A DNA stretch of 64,000 nucleotides from a virus: positions 1-64,000 of IMG/VR virus record IMGVR_UViG_3300044981_000021. One strand, given 5' to 3'. The position numbers and the translations under genes are program-made. Positions 18,276 to 28,728 of this stretch are shown here, one piece after another (position 1 is the first letter of the stretch; each line of letters begins with the position of its first letter). Below the pieces are notes generated by a model that saw nothing but the letters and a program-made list of their open reading frames with translations, had not been told where the DNA came from and made no database searches.

Positions 18276-19997
18276 TCACGCAACTATGCCCGCACCGCAC
18301 ACGGGTTCCGGTCCATACGCCATCGCCCCGCCAATCTCAACCGGGCCTTGATAGCTCAAGGCCGTACTAGTCATCCCCTGCCCATGGTAGCGCAAGAGTA
18401 ACGAGCAAGCCCGGCAAATATCATCATGGCTATACCCACCCCCAAATCGGGCAAACTCGGTGTAAAGTTCGGCTAGGTAAGGCAAATCGCTACAAAAGAA
18501 CAATTTCCCAATCGGCGGCGTAGGTACATTTAATGTATCTTCTGGGCGAAGGTTTGACAATGCCTGCTGCTGTTGGGTCAGGTTGTTAGGCTGCACGGGA
18601 GCGGTTTTCCCGAGCAAGGTAGCCAAAGACAGGATTTCGTTAGCGGGACCGTTTTTCTTGTTCCCAACCTTCAGCCAATCTATCGGTATCATCAATCCTA
18701 GCTCCCTCATGCGCATATTTAGCCCTGGACCTAGCAAAGTAGTCCCCACGGCCTCTTCGATGCCCATACGCTGTATTGGCCACTTTTTCCATGCAGCGAT
18801 GAAGTTGTCTATGATCTGCGGGGGGTTCCAACGGCCACGGAACAGGTCGATGACATAGATATTCTTCATCTCATCAAACGCCCCAATAGCTCCTACTGTG
18901 TAGTCGTTCCTACTGCTAGCTTTGTAGGCTAAGTCCCAAACCCCGAAGATGACGCAATTCAGCGGCACTTTCTGTCGTGGAATGGTTTGTTTCTGAAGTA
19001 GCTCGATTGGGAAATAGTCGCGCTCCGTACCAATCGGGTGATTCATGTACTGGGCGTTAAAGTGGGTAGGATTCTCTTCCCATGCTTCTTGCAGGTTAAA
19101 CTTGTCTGAGTTGGCTATTTCTTCTTCTGGCGTAGTGGCGTTGATGCAGAACTTTTCGGGGAAAAGAATGTTTTCCTTGTTGAAGAGGTTGCCGTTCTCG
19201 TTCTTCGTTAGTGCGGGATATACCGCTATCTTCCATCCCTTGACTGTTTCTTCTAACGGAACCCCGAAGTTCATGTGGTCTGACAACTGGAGTCGGTCTA
19301 GTATTTTCCCGTAAAGGCACTGAAAGTTGTAGAACGTTCCAATAATTTGCGTGTATCCACCGGGATTCAGTAACGGTTTAGTCGCGGCCCAATCATCGGC
19401 AACTTTGTCATTCTGGTTAATCTTGGCGCTCATGTTAATCTTACTGTTGACTTCCGTCACCACGTCATCGGCTAGCCGGAGGTCCCAGTGCCCTGATGCT
19501 TTTACGGAGTCGAAGGTAGAGATACTAAGCGTTGGCTCTCTGCGAATACGAGTACGAACATTGCGCGGCAACCAGAACTCTCCCTTGCCGCCAAATTCTC
19601 TGACGTTATCTGTGGGAATGTAATCTGGATATAGCGCCCTGAAATCTTCGCAACTCAAGAATACTTGCTTCAATTCTTCGACCATCCTTGTAGCGACTTC
19701 TTGACTACCAGAAAGTAGAAGAATGGTTATATTTGGGAAACATAGCATCCATTGCAAAACATCGCAGAGATGAATTGAAGTTTTGAAGTGTCCCCTCGGC
19801 CCCATTAGTAAACGATTCTTAATCGTATCCTGCAAGAAGAATGATTTATTGGGATTCTTGTGAACGAAAAAATCGCAGATAGGGCCGTGGCAGTGCGGCT
19901 GGAGGTCGCTATAGACTGAGCCTAAAATTTGGGATGCGAGGAAGAAAAGATCGGTTTTGCCGCGTTGGGCTACGGGGGATATTGGCACACTACTCAC
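18276..19997 (-). CDS. terL: terminase large subunit
   Basis: PRGHFKTS Walker A, LADD Walker B, IIGT, AQYMNHP, nuclease WDLA...DYT...HDDICR. Confidence 0.92.
   Translation of the reverse strand: MSSVPISPVAQRGKTDLFFLASQILGSVYSDLQPHCHGPICDFFVHKNPNKSFFLQDTIKNRLLMGPRGHFKTSIHLCDVLQWMLCFPNITILLLSGSQEVATRMVEELKQVFLSCEDFRALYPDYIPTDNVREFGGKGEFWLPRNVRTRIRREPTLSISTFDSVKASGHWDLRLADDVVTEVNSKINMSAKINQNDKVADDWAATKPLLNPGGYTQIIGTFYNFQCLYGKILDRLQLSDHMNFGVPLEETVKGWKIAVYPALTKNENGNLFNKENILFPEKFCINATTPEEEIANSDKFNLQEAWEENPTHFNAQYMNHPIGTERDYFPIELLQKQTIPRQKVPLNCVIFGVWDLAYKASSRNDYTVGAIGAFDEMKNIYVIDLFRGRWNPPQIIDNFIAAWKKWPIQRMGIEEAVGTTLLGPGLNMRMRELGLMIPIDWLKVGNKKNGPANEILSLATLLGKTAPVQPNNLTQQQQALSNLRPEDTLNVPTPPIGKLFFCSDLPYLAELYTEFARFGGGYSHDDICRACSLLLRYHGQGMTSTALSYQGPVEIGGAMAYGPEPVCGAGIVA
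18525..18537. repeat. 13-bp palindrome TACATTTAATGTA
   Basis: Family member, inside terminase. Confidence 0.85.
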
Positions 19998-20163
19998 CGC
20001 CTACGGCGCGGCGGGCTTGGCTGAGGGCCACTGCCACAGCTTGTTTTCTGTTCTTGATGCGTGGCCCCGTTTTAGAACCTGAACGTAGTTTGCCATGCTT
20101 GAACTCGTGCATGGTTTTTTCGATCTTCGCCTTAGCCTTTGGCGAGGACAGAAGCTTGGCCAT
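19990..20163 (-). CDS. DUF6496-like small basic protein
   Basis: Not in ORF track. KIEKTMHEFKHGKLRSGSKTGPRIKNRKQAVAVALSQAR. Confidence 0.8.
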   Translation of the reverse strand: MAKLLSSPKAKAKIEKTMHEFKHGKLRSGSKTGPRIKNRKQAVAVALSQARRAVGGE

Positions 20164-20165
20164 GA

Positions 20166-20447
20166 TTACCGATCAGAAACCTTCTGGGTCATACGCTGCG
20201 AATCGCCAAAGCCTTCGCGGTACGATTCCTGGAGTTCCTTGCCGGAAAGCATTGCCATGTCGTTGAGCGACTGTTCCTTGGGACCGCCACCATGGGAGTC
20301 GAAGTTCTCCAATGAAATCACGGGACCAGAAGGAAATGCCATGTCCTTGGTTTTGCCGATTATTTCGTCTTGAACTCCACCGCCTGCGGGCGAACTTCCG
20401 CCGTCGCCAAGGGGAGTTTTATTGCCGGGATGATATAGCATAGCCAT
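20166..20447 (-). CDS. hypothetical low-complexity protein
   Basis: GGAG RBS, operon context. Confidence 0.55.
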   Translation of the reverse strand: MAMLYHPGNKTPLGDGGSSPAGGGVQDEIIGKTKDMAFPSGPVISLENFDSHGGGPKEQSLNDMAMLSGKELQESYREGFGDSQRMTQKVSDR

Positions 20448-20459
20448 GTTGTTTTTCTC

Positions 20460-20750
20460 CTAGACTATCGGCCCGAAGCCAGTTTTCTTGCCGGGGTTTT
20501 TGCCAACTGTTTTCTGTACTGGCATAAAAGATTTCGTGGGCGCATTCTCGCGGTGGGCGTTCTTGCCGAGAGGGTGCATGTAGCTCAAATTATCCGCGCC
20601 CATCGGTGAAGCAGCAGGCACCTTGTAGGACTCGTTTAAAGCATGGCCCCCAAGGAATGCGGCGTCTTGCGGGTGATTCTGGTGGTCCATGGGGTTTTCG
20701 ATATTACCCCATTTCGTCATCTTTCGAGCTTCGCCAAACTGCTTTTTCAC
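20460..20750 (-). CDS. hypothetical low-complexity protein
   Basis: Operon context. Confidence 0.5.
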   Translation of the reverse strand: MKKQFGEARKMTKWGNIENPMDHQNHPQDAAFLGGHALNESYKVPAASPMGADNLSYMHPLGKNAHRENAPTKSFMPVQKTVGKNPGKKTGFGPIV

Positions 20751-20791
20751 AATTTGAATTGTAGGGAAGGTTACCGAGCGATTGAAAGTAG

Positions 20792-21259
20792 TTAGAAATT
20801 AGTGCAAGCAAATTCGCCAAACAACTTAATAGCTGCTGCATCGTAAGCTCTAGCGGCTTCTTTTGGATCAGAAAATCTTCCTAGGTTATATTGTTTACCA
20901 TTCTTGTTGATATACGCCCTATACCTAAGACGTTCAGGGGACCAGCTAACGCCCTTATATCCGCTAGCATTATTGCGGGGCGTTTTTCTGTTCATCTTGT
21001 TCTGCGATGGCGTGGCTAGTCTAAGGTTGGATTTTTGGTTATTGAATTTATTTTGGTCTTTGTGGTCCCACTGAAATCCAACAGGAGGATTACCGCAAAT
21101 CGCGAAATGTATATATTCCTTCTTGGCGTTTCTTATGCCGCGAATCCACGGGTCTTTCTTGTTGGTAATAACATACCATTTTTGGTTCGCAAGTTTGTTG
21201 TAATCTTCGTCGTCAACTTGGGCTAGAATATCGGAATTGGTAAGCCGTATTTCCTTCAT
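20792..21259 (-). CDS. HNH-AP2 homing endonuclease
   Basis: VDDED, DHKDQNKFNNQKSNLR, SGYKGV, AARAYDAAA..LFGEFA. Confidence 0.9.
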   Translation of the reverse strand: MKEIRLTNSDILAQVDDEDYNKLANQKWYVITNKKDPWIRGIRNAKKEYIHFAICGNPPVGFQWDHKDQNKFNNQKSNLRLATPSQNKMNRKTPRNNASGYKGVSWSPERLRYRAYINKNGKQYNLGRFSDPKEAARAYDAAAIKLFGEFACTNF

Positions 21260-21947
21260 TTACAGCATTATATCATGGGTCACGCGAGGTAGGTCAAGCG
21301 GCTTTCTTGAATACGGTCTTGGTCTTGGTAATAACCAATCGAACTATGCGCTTGATCTTGGCCATAAACATAGAGAACTCGCTAGGGTTCCACATGTGGT
21401 GAATCTGGCCGATATTGTAGCCCTGAATCATTGAGCCTGCTTACGGTCCCACAAAGTACGTGCATGGAATTTTGCAGCTTTCATACTCATTGGCGGTTCC
21501 GCTTTAATGCAAAGCGCCACCGCTGTCTTTTTGATGAATGCTTGGCGACCCGTGCGTTCATGTTTTCTTTTGGGGAGATAACAGAATTTACACGTTGGAC
21601 TACCGGCAAACTTATGCCGCTTGTACTGCACGCCGTTCCTTAAACATGTACTCATTTAGTCTTCGCAACCCCGAATCATGGCCTAGTCTGCTATCTTGGC
21701 CATGGTAATTACGCCAAAAAATGTACCGATTAAAAAACCGATCAAAATACCAAGAATAAACACTGGATTAGTCTTTCTGTGCCAGCCAACTCTGTGCCGA
21801 ATTTCGGTTCTGATAAACGGCGAAGACCACACCATCGCCCTCATATGCGGCTACGGCTTCCTGTAGTGACCCGGCAGGGGCGTTGTGAGTCTCGATTTCC
21901 CCTTTGGGGTTGCGGCTAACGAAGGTGAAGACGAATTGCTTGGCCAT

Positions 21948-22376
21948 TTACTTTTTCTCCTGCGTCGATTTTACGGGTTCTGCTTTAGGTACAGCAACCC
22001 ATTCATAACCAGGACCAAGTTTCCACTTAGTTTGATCGACGGTTTTCATAACTTCGCTGATCGCCGTCGCATATTCATCGGCAGCCTTGATGTAGTTCTT
22101 GCCTTCTTCGGTACCCTTAATTTTGTTTGTGGCTGCATCGACGGCAGCGTTAGCTTTTCTTTGGTCTGCCAATGCGGCTTGATATTCAGCCCACACGGGA
22201 AGTGCTTGTACCTTGCTTAATGCAGGGTCAACCTTGTCGCGCTGCGTGTAGAGTTCTAGTTTCTTTTCCGCGCTTAATGGAGCGGGGGTTGAAGCAATGG
22301 CTTTATTGGTTGGTAACTCTAAGTTTTGAGCAAACAAAGAAATGGCGAACAGGAGAAACGGTATTAATTTTCGCAT
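21948..22376 (-). CDS. secreted coiled-coil protein
   Basis: Signal peptide MRKLIPFLLFAISLFA-Q. Confidence 0.65.
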   Translation of the reverse strand: MRKLIPFLLFAISLFAQNLELPTNKAIASTPAPLSAEKKLELYTQRDKVDPALSKVQALPVWAEYQAALADQRKANAAVDAATNKIKGTEEGKNYIKAADEYATAISEVMKTVDQTKWKLGPGYEWVAVPKAEPVKSTQEKK

Positions 22377-22411
22377 TCAGAAATCCTAATTGATGTTAAA
22401 TTTTATTGCAA

Positions 22412-22717
22412 CTAAGCGGGACATTCTCTCGTCGGTCCTAGGTGTTGTTCAAGTTTGTATCCGCACTGCTTACATGGCGGAGGATTTGTGGCCGATTGCT
22501 TTACCTGTTGGTCGAGTTGGCAAAGCTTACATTGCGGGTCTTTGGAGGTTCGATGATTGGTTCGATGCCAGCGAGTATAGTTCCACGTCTGTTCTTCGGT
22601 GGAAATCTCAAACTCGCTATTGACTGCATTGATAGCAGTCCCACGCAAACTCTGCGCGTTCCATGAAGAAACTTCATCTTGCGTAGCTGGTCGGACAAAT
22701 CCTTCTTGGTCAGACAT
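22412..22717 (-). CDS. hypothetical Zn-binding protein
   Basis: CxxC motifs. Confidence 0.5.
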   Translation of the reverse strand: MSDQEGFVRPATQDEVSSWNAQSLRGTAINAVNSEFEISTEEQTWNYTRWHRTNHRTSKDPQCKLCQLDQQVKQSATNPPPCKQCGYKLEQHLGPTRECPA

Positions 22718-22729
22718 ACATTAAATGTA
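22717..22729. repeat. 13-bp palindrome TACATTAAATGTA
   Basis: Family member, abuts a start codon. Confidence 0.85.
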
Positions 22730-22855
22730 GTCGGCTAGGCATGATTCATGGGGCTAGAAAACCAGAGGGAACATCTTGAGCCTGTCGCGGACTCTCTCCG
22801 CGCACCACTTACCTAACCGAGAAATAAGTATAGAACAGCGTGCAGAAACAAGCAA

Positions 22856-24151
22856 CTACCAAGAAACAATGAGTCCGTTTGAGGAACCGCCCGCTCCTAT
22901 CTGTGAATCTCCCGCTTCGTTGCCGCCCCCTCCGCCATCCCAGCCATATTCCGGTTCGCAATAAATAACCGCTTGCTTAGCTATGGCCTCCGTCATCGCG
23001 TTACCCATACTAACCGATAGACCTAGCAACCACGGGATGTTCGGCGTACCGCCTGTGTTGATTAATCCTTCGTTGCCCAACGTTTCTTCATCGTACCCAG
23101 TGAATCCCGTGTGCCACCAAATTACATCGGCGGTTGAGTTACCGAAGTCGGTAGTAATCGTCCCGGCTTGCAGCGGCGCAACTACTACTTGAATAATTGT
23201 TGGAGACGTGCTGCCCGCGTAAGTCGAATCTCCCGAATAAACCGCATAAACGGAATGACTACCAACCGCCAAGATGCTAGTTTGATAAGACGCCGTAGCC
23301 ATTCCCGCACCATTAGCAATCGCGGGTACCGTTGCTACATTTGATCCATCTACGTTGAATGTAACCGTCCCCGATGGTGATGGTGTTCCTGCGCCACTAA
23401 TTCCAACGCTAAAAACTACATTAATCCCGAATGCAGATGGATTTGGGTTGCTAGTTATCCCGGTCGTGGTTGGGATGAGAGTTGGTGTACTATCTTGAGC
23501 GAAGATGCCGCTAGCATCCATTGACGAAGAAGTGCTTCCCCTCGTAAATGTTGGCTGTTGCGTCCCAGAAGAAGATATGTACGCACTTCCGGATTGAAGA
23601 GTAAGCCCGCCGCCACCACCATAATTTGTCTGATCTAGCGTCCAACCATTCGTTATCGTAAACGCTGTGGTTGTAGCATCGGCGGCAGTACATCCTGAAA
23701 AATAAACGGTTGTTCCAGAAGATGGTCCAGCCATCGCCGCGAGGGTGGCGTTAGTAGCGGTCGTGGCAGTTTCAAACGCATGAGTGCTGTGTGAATTACC
23801 GCCGTTAATCCCGCCTTGGTTGACATATTGTAGATTGATACCGCTAGTTTCAAAGACGCCAACGTAATAGACTTTATTGGAGCCAATATGGGTGCTTGTG
23901 AAGGTAACACTAGAACAAGTCTGCGTAGTTTGGCATAACCAAAATCCACCATTGGAGTTCCCTGCCGTAGTTACGCCTATATTTGTAAACGATTCCCCTT
24001 GATCCGTAACCAATGTCCATTGGCGAGGAAAATCAGCAGTTATATAAAGTACAAGCCAATTACCCGAAGTAGAAGACGTGGATAACGACACTACCGGATT
24101 TACCGTACCCGCCGAACTGTGCAGGTATGTTGTATTAACTATTGTTGCCAT
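22856..24151 (-). CDS. virion/surface protein with Ig-like (Big_3-type) domain
   Basis: TTTGITSNPNPS...PSGTVTF...GSHSVYAVYSGDSTYAGSTS. Confidence 0.75.
   Translation of the reverse strand: MATIVNTTYLHSSAGTVNPVVSLSTSSTSGNWLVLYITADFPRQWTLVTDQGESFTNIGVTTAGNSNGGFWLCQTTQTCSSVTFTSTHIGSNKVYYVGVFETSGINLQYVNQGGINGGNSHSTHAFETATTATNATLAAMAGPSSGTTVYFSGCTAADATTTAFTITNGWTLDQTNYGGGGGLTLQSGSAYISSSGTQQPTFTRGSTSSSMDASGIFAQDSTPTLIPTTTGITSNPNPSAFGINVVFSVGISGAGTPSPSGTVTFNVDGSNVATVPAIANGAGMATASYQTSILAVGSHSVYAVYSGDSTYAGSTSPTIIQVVVAPLQAGTITTDFGNSTADVIWWHTGFTGYDEETLGNEGLINTGGTPNIPWLLGLSVSMGNAMTEAIAKQAVIYCEPEYGWDGGGGGNEAGDSQIGAGGSSNGLIVSW
23351..23363. repeat. 13-bp palindrome TACGTTGAATGTA
   Basis: Family member. 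Confidence 0.75.
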
Positions 24152-24278
24152 TTTTGATTATTTTTTAGGCTGCGTCATTTTATTGAGTAAGGTTTCTCGC
24201 AGGACTAATAGCCTTAAACGCTATTAGTGACCGCCTAGTTTGCTCCTATTTTGGCGGCAACCCTCGCAGCCTAAACCC

Positions 24279-24584
24279 TTATCCTGAATATCCGCTAGTA
24301 GCGCTTACTGGTCCTGCATCGGCGGTTGGATCGACGGAACCCGGGGCTGGATTGGAAACACTGCCGAATCCACGATTGGCTGAACGACCTACGGTATTGC
24401 CGCTACCCATAGCAGAAAATGTAGGAGCGTGGATTACAGACGAAGAATGAGACGGTCCGCGCATTGGTAGGCGTCCTGCAATCGGTCCTGGATTTGAGGA
24501 CCAGTTGTGGGGCGAATCCAGTGGTTCCAAACCTTTGGGATTGTCATTAGCTAAATCCGTCATTTGGCGATATGGTTCGCACAT
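24279..24584 (-). CDS. hypothetical low-complexity protein
   Basis: GGAGG RBS upstream of MCEPY. Confidence 0.55.
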   Translation of the reverse strand: MCEPYRQMTDLANDNPKGLEPLDSPHNWSSNPGPIAGRLPMRGPSHSSSVIHAPTFSAMGSGNTVGRSANRGFGSVSNPAPGSVDPTADAGPVSATSGYSG

Positions 24585-24585
24585 A

Positions 24586-24840
24586 TTATTTGCCTCCGAC
24601 AATCTTAACCGCGTGCTGTTCGGGGCCACGGTTACCATACTGAAATTCATTGGCATTGCTATCAGTATTCTGGTTAACAACTCCGAATTTCTGGTCTTCC
24701 TCTGCGGCTTCGTGAACAATGTCATTAAAACGTGCATCTGCTCCCATCGCCCAATTTCCTGCTCTAGCCACATAATCTGAATATTCTGCTGCGGCGTTGC
24801 CCTGTCCCCCCTTGGCTGCGCGTTGTTCTTTTATGTCCAT
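24586..24840 (-). CDS. hypothetical protein
   Basis: AGGAG RBS. Confidence 0.55.
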   Translation of the reverse strand: MDIKEQRAAKGGQGNAAAEYSDYVARAGNWAMGADARFNDIVHEAAEEDQKFGVVNQNTDSNANEFQYGNRGPEQHAVKIVGGK

Positions 24841-24842
24841 CG

Positions 24843-25151
24843 TTATTCTCCTAGTGAAGCTAATCTCTTCGCCAGTTCCGGCGTTATTTCCGATTCTTTC
24901 GGTGCGGCCTCTGCTTCCTTGGCCGCTTTCTGCTTGCTTCTGCGCTCCTTGACTGATGCGGCCCTTTGTTCCTTGCGGGCTTTATCTATGTCTAGGATGT
25001 ATTTTACGCTCATCTCTAGAATACGTGGGGTAGACTGAAGTTTTCCCGAAACTACATCTCTAGCATATTGCTCGGCAAATGTAACTGCTCCGCCACGTTG
25101 CTGATTGACTGCGCGGGCGTTATGTATTCCAACTACTTTAGTTTCACTCAT
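24843..25151 (-). CDS. hypothetical basic protein
   Basis: ATGA overlap. Confidence 0.55.
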   Translation of the reverse strand: MSETKVVGIHNARAVNQQRGGAVTFAEQYARDVVSGKLQSTPRILEMSVKYILDIDKARKEQRAASVKERRSKQKAAKEAEAAPKESEITPELAKRLASLGE

Positions 25152-25413
25152 TTCCGTTCAACGATACCATCCTTGCAGAAATAATTGTTTGGGCCAGAAA
25201 AGAAACGGCTCGGGTGATCGTAGGAAAACAACTTGCGAGTGGCTGGGATGTTGGGATTGTGTCGAATACTTCCCGACTCGAATTCTTTCTGTCCTTGCTC
25301 GCACCCCGTATCGCCACACGATGCTACCGAATCCCCGAAACGATTGTCTGAGCAATTCATTGGCTTGCCGCATTGTCCGCAGTGGAGTTGACCGTTTATA
25401 TAGGTTGGATTCT

Positions 25414-25779
25414 TCACTTAATAACACAACCAGTAGATTGACAATTAACAGTAGTAGGCGGAGAGCTAAGCTGAGCGTAGCTATAATCTCCCGATGTGGC
25501 AACTACCGCTCCCGTTCTTCCGAATACCGACGTAACCGCCCCTGCTGCTACTAGTGGGGCATATGCGCCGCCATTATAGGAAACGTACATTTGATAAGTA
25601 GTCCCCGATCCGACTGGACAAAGCATGGCTAGTCCGGTTTGTCCTGCGGGACAATTTGCCACGGTGGGAGCAATGGGACCGGAGCCAAGCGCCCCATAGG
25701 ACTGTGCATGTAATAAACTCACAATTCCAGCCGCAAGAAGAATGCAAATACCAACAAAATACATTCCATGGTTTTTCAT
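25414..25779 (-). CDS. secreted fibre-associated protein
   Basis: Signal peptide; VTSVFGRTGAVV fibre motif. Confidence 0.65.
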   Translation of the reverse strand: MKNHGMYFVGICILLAAGIVSLLHAQSYGALGSGPIAPTVANCPAGQTGLAMLCPVGSGTTYQMYVSYNGGAYAPLVAAGAVTSVFGRTGAVVATSGDYSYAQLSSPPTTVNCQSTGCVIK

Positions 25780-25792
25780 TTTTATCTCCTTT

Positions 25793-27937
25793 TTAATGAA
25801 TTGCAATATTTACCCCGACCCCTATGTTAGCTCCAAATCCTGCCCCTAGCGGCGTAAAACTATACACATACGATACTTCAGAACTATCGGTGAGTCCGCT
25901 AGCTCCCGCCACAATATTTAGGGTTTCCCCCGGATAGGCGACGGAAATTGTAGTTGTGTATTGGGTTCCCGTGGTACATCCCGTACCAAGCCCATTTGTG
26001 ACGGGAACTGTTGATCCCGTGGCATAACACATGACCGTAGTGCCTGAGTTCGGATTGGTACACGTCACCGTTTGCGTCTGTGAATACAGCCCGGTTCCCG
26101 GGGAACAAGACGGAGCCGTAGCTGGAATACCACCCGTGTCTAGCGGGTGCGGATAAGTGTAGGGTGTGTACCAGGAAGTCCATGTGTTCGTCGCCGTGCA
26201 GACGTAGAGCGTACTGTTTGCCGTGTCCCACCATCCGACGCCGGGAGCACCGCTGTTGTAGAGCGTCGGCGTCGCGCTGTTTGGGGTACAAGAATCAAAT
26301 CCGCTGGTGGGAGAACTCACGGGAGCGCGGCTCGTCTGATTGATTCCGACCGTGATATTGCAGCCCGAAGAGGCGGTGCAGTTCGATCCGGTTTCGCAGC
26401 CTGTGCCGTATTGCTGATAGAAATCCCGGTTGTCTACTTCCGTATTGGTGCTATCAACACCTACACAGGCACCGCCGCTGTAGCTATTTGTATTATTCCA
26501 AATGTAACTAGGGTCTATCGCCTCACGCGGCCATGTCACCGTTCCGGTCGCGCTATCTTTCCGGTTGCCTCCGCCAAATGTTCCAGTAATTAGATCGCCT
26601 TGACCTTTCCCTGGTTGGTCGTAGCAGGCCCAGCCGGTCGAGTTCGTGTTCTGATCCCATAGGCTTGGTGTATACCATGCCACGCCGGAATTCGAGCCAG
26701 TGAGTCCAGTAAGCGTACAACTTGTGGCGCTGGAGCAAGAGGCGATTGGATAAGAGGTTCCGTTGAATACCATATTCGGAGAGGATACGCTCGGCCAACC
26801 TGTATAGAATTGCACTCCGCCTTCTCCAGAAACCCACGTCACCGCCGTACCGCTGTTGTTCGCGGTGCCACTCGCACCTTGACCGCACAGCCCGAGAGGT
26901 TCACTGACTGCGAGGTTCTGGATGTTTGTCCGATCAATCTGCGGGGTAAAGATCGTCTTCCAAGAACCTACATTTCCCCAAACTAGGCCGCTGCCTGACC
27001 GGACGCCTTGCAGCACTCCGGGGCTATTTGAACCTGTTGGCGTGCTCGTATTGTTATAAGTCTCAGTTGTTCGGCATCCTCGATTGTCTGAAGCCCCCTC
27101 ATGTGCCTGAATACCGTTGCTGGGACTTTGGAAGGTGTTATAGCGGAAGACTTCGCGTGCTCCGTCGTTGCAATCGTTGACGTATACGCCAAAAGAGATT
27201 TGATCGGGAGGAAAACTGTTGTTCTCCACGAAAAACGCCTGACTCGATCCCCAGTTAGATGCAGCGGCCCACGACCCGTTGCCTTGTCCGTTGGTGGCAT
27301 TGCTCCAGGTTCCACCGTTCGACATATTCAACCAGTTTGCATCAGCCAGAAACAAGTCAACGAGGTTATGATCCGCGACTCCAAACGGCCCCCAGCCGTA
27401 GACCTGTATCCAGTGTCCTGCATATCCATAGAAGTGATTGTGGTCGATGCGGAGCAGGCACGTTCCATCGTTACACTCAAAGAGAAACTGCCCGTCTGTG
27501 CCCTTGTTGGTGTTGCTGTTCGGGAAGATATACTCGATACCGGTCCAGCGGAAAGTTTTGTTAGACGCGATTGTTGCTATGAACATTCTGTTGCCACCGG
27601 ACGTTCCATCCGTAATGATCGTCAGGTCTGTACCTTGCGTCGTGGTGCAGGCCGAACCCGGCGCGAAGGTGCAACTGCTTGATGGGATCACGGCTCCCGC
27701 GCCCTGAAAGGTCAACGTTTTATTGGGCGAAAAAGTCCACTGACTTGACCATGTAGCTGATCCAGCCGGGATTGAAATAATATCCCCATCAAGCGGACTC
27801 ACCTGTTCCAAGGTGTAACACGCCTGCACGTCAGTTTCGGCCACAGATGCAGCCGTGTACGTTTGGCCCGCTTGAGTACAGGCGGCCCATGCCGAAACTG
27901 GGAGGGCAAACAGTAACAGAACGAGAAAATGTTTCAT
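25793..27937 (-). CDS. secreted beta-helix (pectin-lyase-like) adhesin/depolymerase with C-terminal Fn3/chitobiase-like domain
   Basis: Signal peptide MKHFLVLLLFALPVSAWA; RIDHNHF, FVENNSF, FRYNTF repeats; YTPYTYPHPL; APSCSPGTGLY...YTTTISV. Confidence 0.7.
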   Translation of the reverse strand: MKHFLVLLLFALPVSAWAACTQAGQTYTAASVAETDVQACYTLEQVSPLDGDIISIPAGSATWSSQWTFSPNKTLTFQGAGAVIPSSSCTFAPGSACTTTQGTDLTIITDGTSGGNRMFIATIASNKTFRWTGIEYIFPNSNTNKGTDGQFLFECNDGTCLLRIDHNHFYGYAGHWIQVYGWGPFGVADHNLVDLFLADANWLNMSNGGTWSNATNGQGNGSWAAASNWGSSQAFFVENNSFPPDQISFGVYVNDCNDGAREVFRYNTFQSPSNGIQAHEGASDNRGCRTTETYNNTSTPTGSNSPGVLQGVRSGSGLVWGNVGSWKTIFTPQIDRTNIQNLAVSEPLGLCGQGASGTANNSGTAVTWVSGEGGVQFYTGWPSVSSPNMVFNGTSYPIASCSSATSCTLTGLTGSNSGVAWYTPSLWDQNTNSTGWACYDQPGKGQGDLITGTFGGGNRKDSATGTVTWPREAIDPSYIWNNTNSYSGGACVGVDSTNTEVDNRDFYQQYGTGCETGSNCTASSGCNITVGINQTSRAPVSSPTSGFDSCTPNSATPTLYNSGAPGVGWWDTANSTLYVCTATNTWTSWYTPYTYPHPLDTGGIPATAPSCSPGTGLYSQTQTVTCTNPNSGTTVMCYATGSTVPVTNGLGTGCTTGTQYTTTISVAYPGETLNIVAGASGLTDSSEVSYVYSFTPLGAGFGANIGVGVNIAIH

Positions 27938-28728
27938 TTCAGTACCATCGCCATAGAGTTCCATGTACCTGTACCATTGCTGATCGTCATATTCATAGCT
28001 GTAGAACTTCCTGAAGCACTAAGAATCATCTCGGTGCCTTGGGCGCATGGACAGCTACCAGCGGAATTGCTGGAGATTGGTCCCATCGTGGTATTCGACC
28101 AAGGAGAGTTGGCTGACCCCCCACTGTTTAACCCCGCCGAGGCGTAAACTGCGGCAAACTCCAATTCTCCCGCTACCGATGCCGTAATGCTCGGAGTGTT
28201 GACCGTAGTCCCGCTAGAGCCATTGCCAGCCACGTCCGTATCGAACGTCCACGTGCCGCTGGAACGGTGAAATTCTTCGCAGCCAATTGCACTGGCGAAG
28301 GTAATTGTTCCGCTCGCTGTCATTGTGATTGTTTTAGTCGCGTTGGATGGGGCATTCAAAAGGTAGAACAAGAAAACAGGGACCGAGCTTGACTGCACGT
28401 TAGAAGGGGAATGCGCCGACTGCGTATAGGCATTGCTATTGCTATCTAAAACACTTGTGACCGTCAGCGAAGATGGATAGAGGTAGACTAGACAAATGAC
28501 TGCATTCCCGGTTGCTGGATTTGAAGTTAGAGTGACGGTAGCCGTGGTGCCGCTGCTTACGATGGTTCCCAACGCACCCTGAATATCGGTGAAGGTTGGT
28601 TCGCTCGAACTAGTACTTCCTATTGCCGCCTTGCCACCAATTACTGCCTTCCCGCCAATTACCGCTTGTCCTTCGAGCGCAAGCACGGCGGCGAGGATCA
28701 GTCCGAGATGTAGCCAGATGAGTTTCAT
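27934..28728 (-). CDS. secreted Ser/Thr-rich beta-sandwich protein
   Basis: Signal peptide; AVIGGK repeats; resembles the N-terminal domain of 22856..24151. Confidence 0.65.
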   Translation of the reverse strand: MKLIWLHLGLILAAVLALEGQAVIGGKAVIGGKAAIGSTSSSEPTFTDIQGALGTIVSSGTTATVTLTSNPATGNAVICLVYLYPSSLTVTSVLDSNSNAYTQSAHSPSNVQSSSVPVFLFYLLNAPSNATKTITMTASGTITFASAIGCEEFHRSSGTWTFDTDVAGNGSSGTTVNTPSITASVAGELEFAAVYASAGLNSGGSANSPWSNTTMGPISSNSAGSCPCAQGTEMILSASGSSTAMNMTISNGTGTWNSMAMVLK

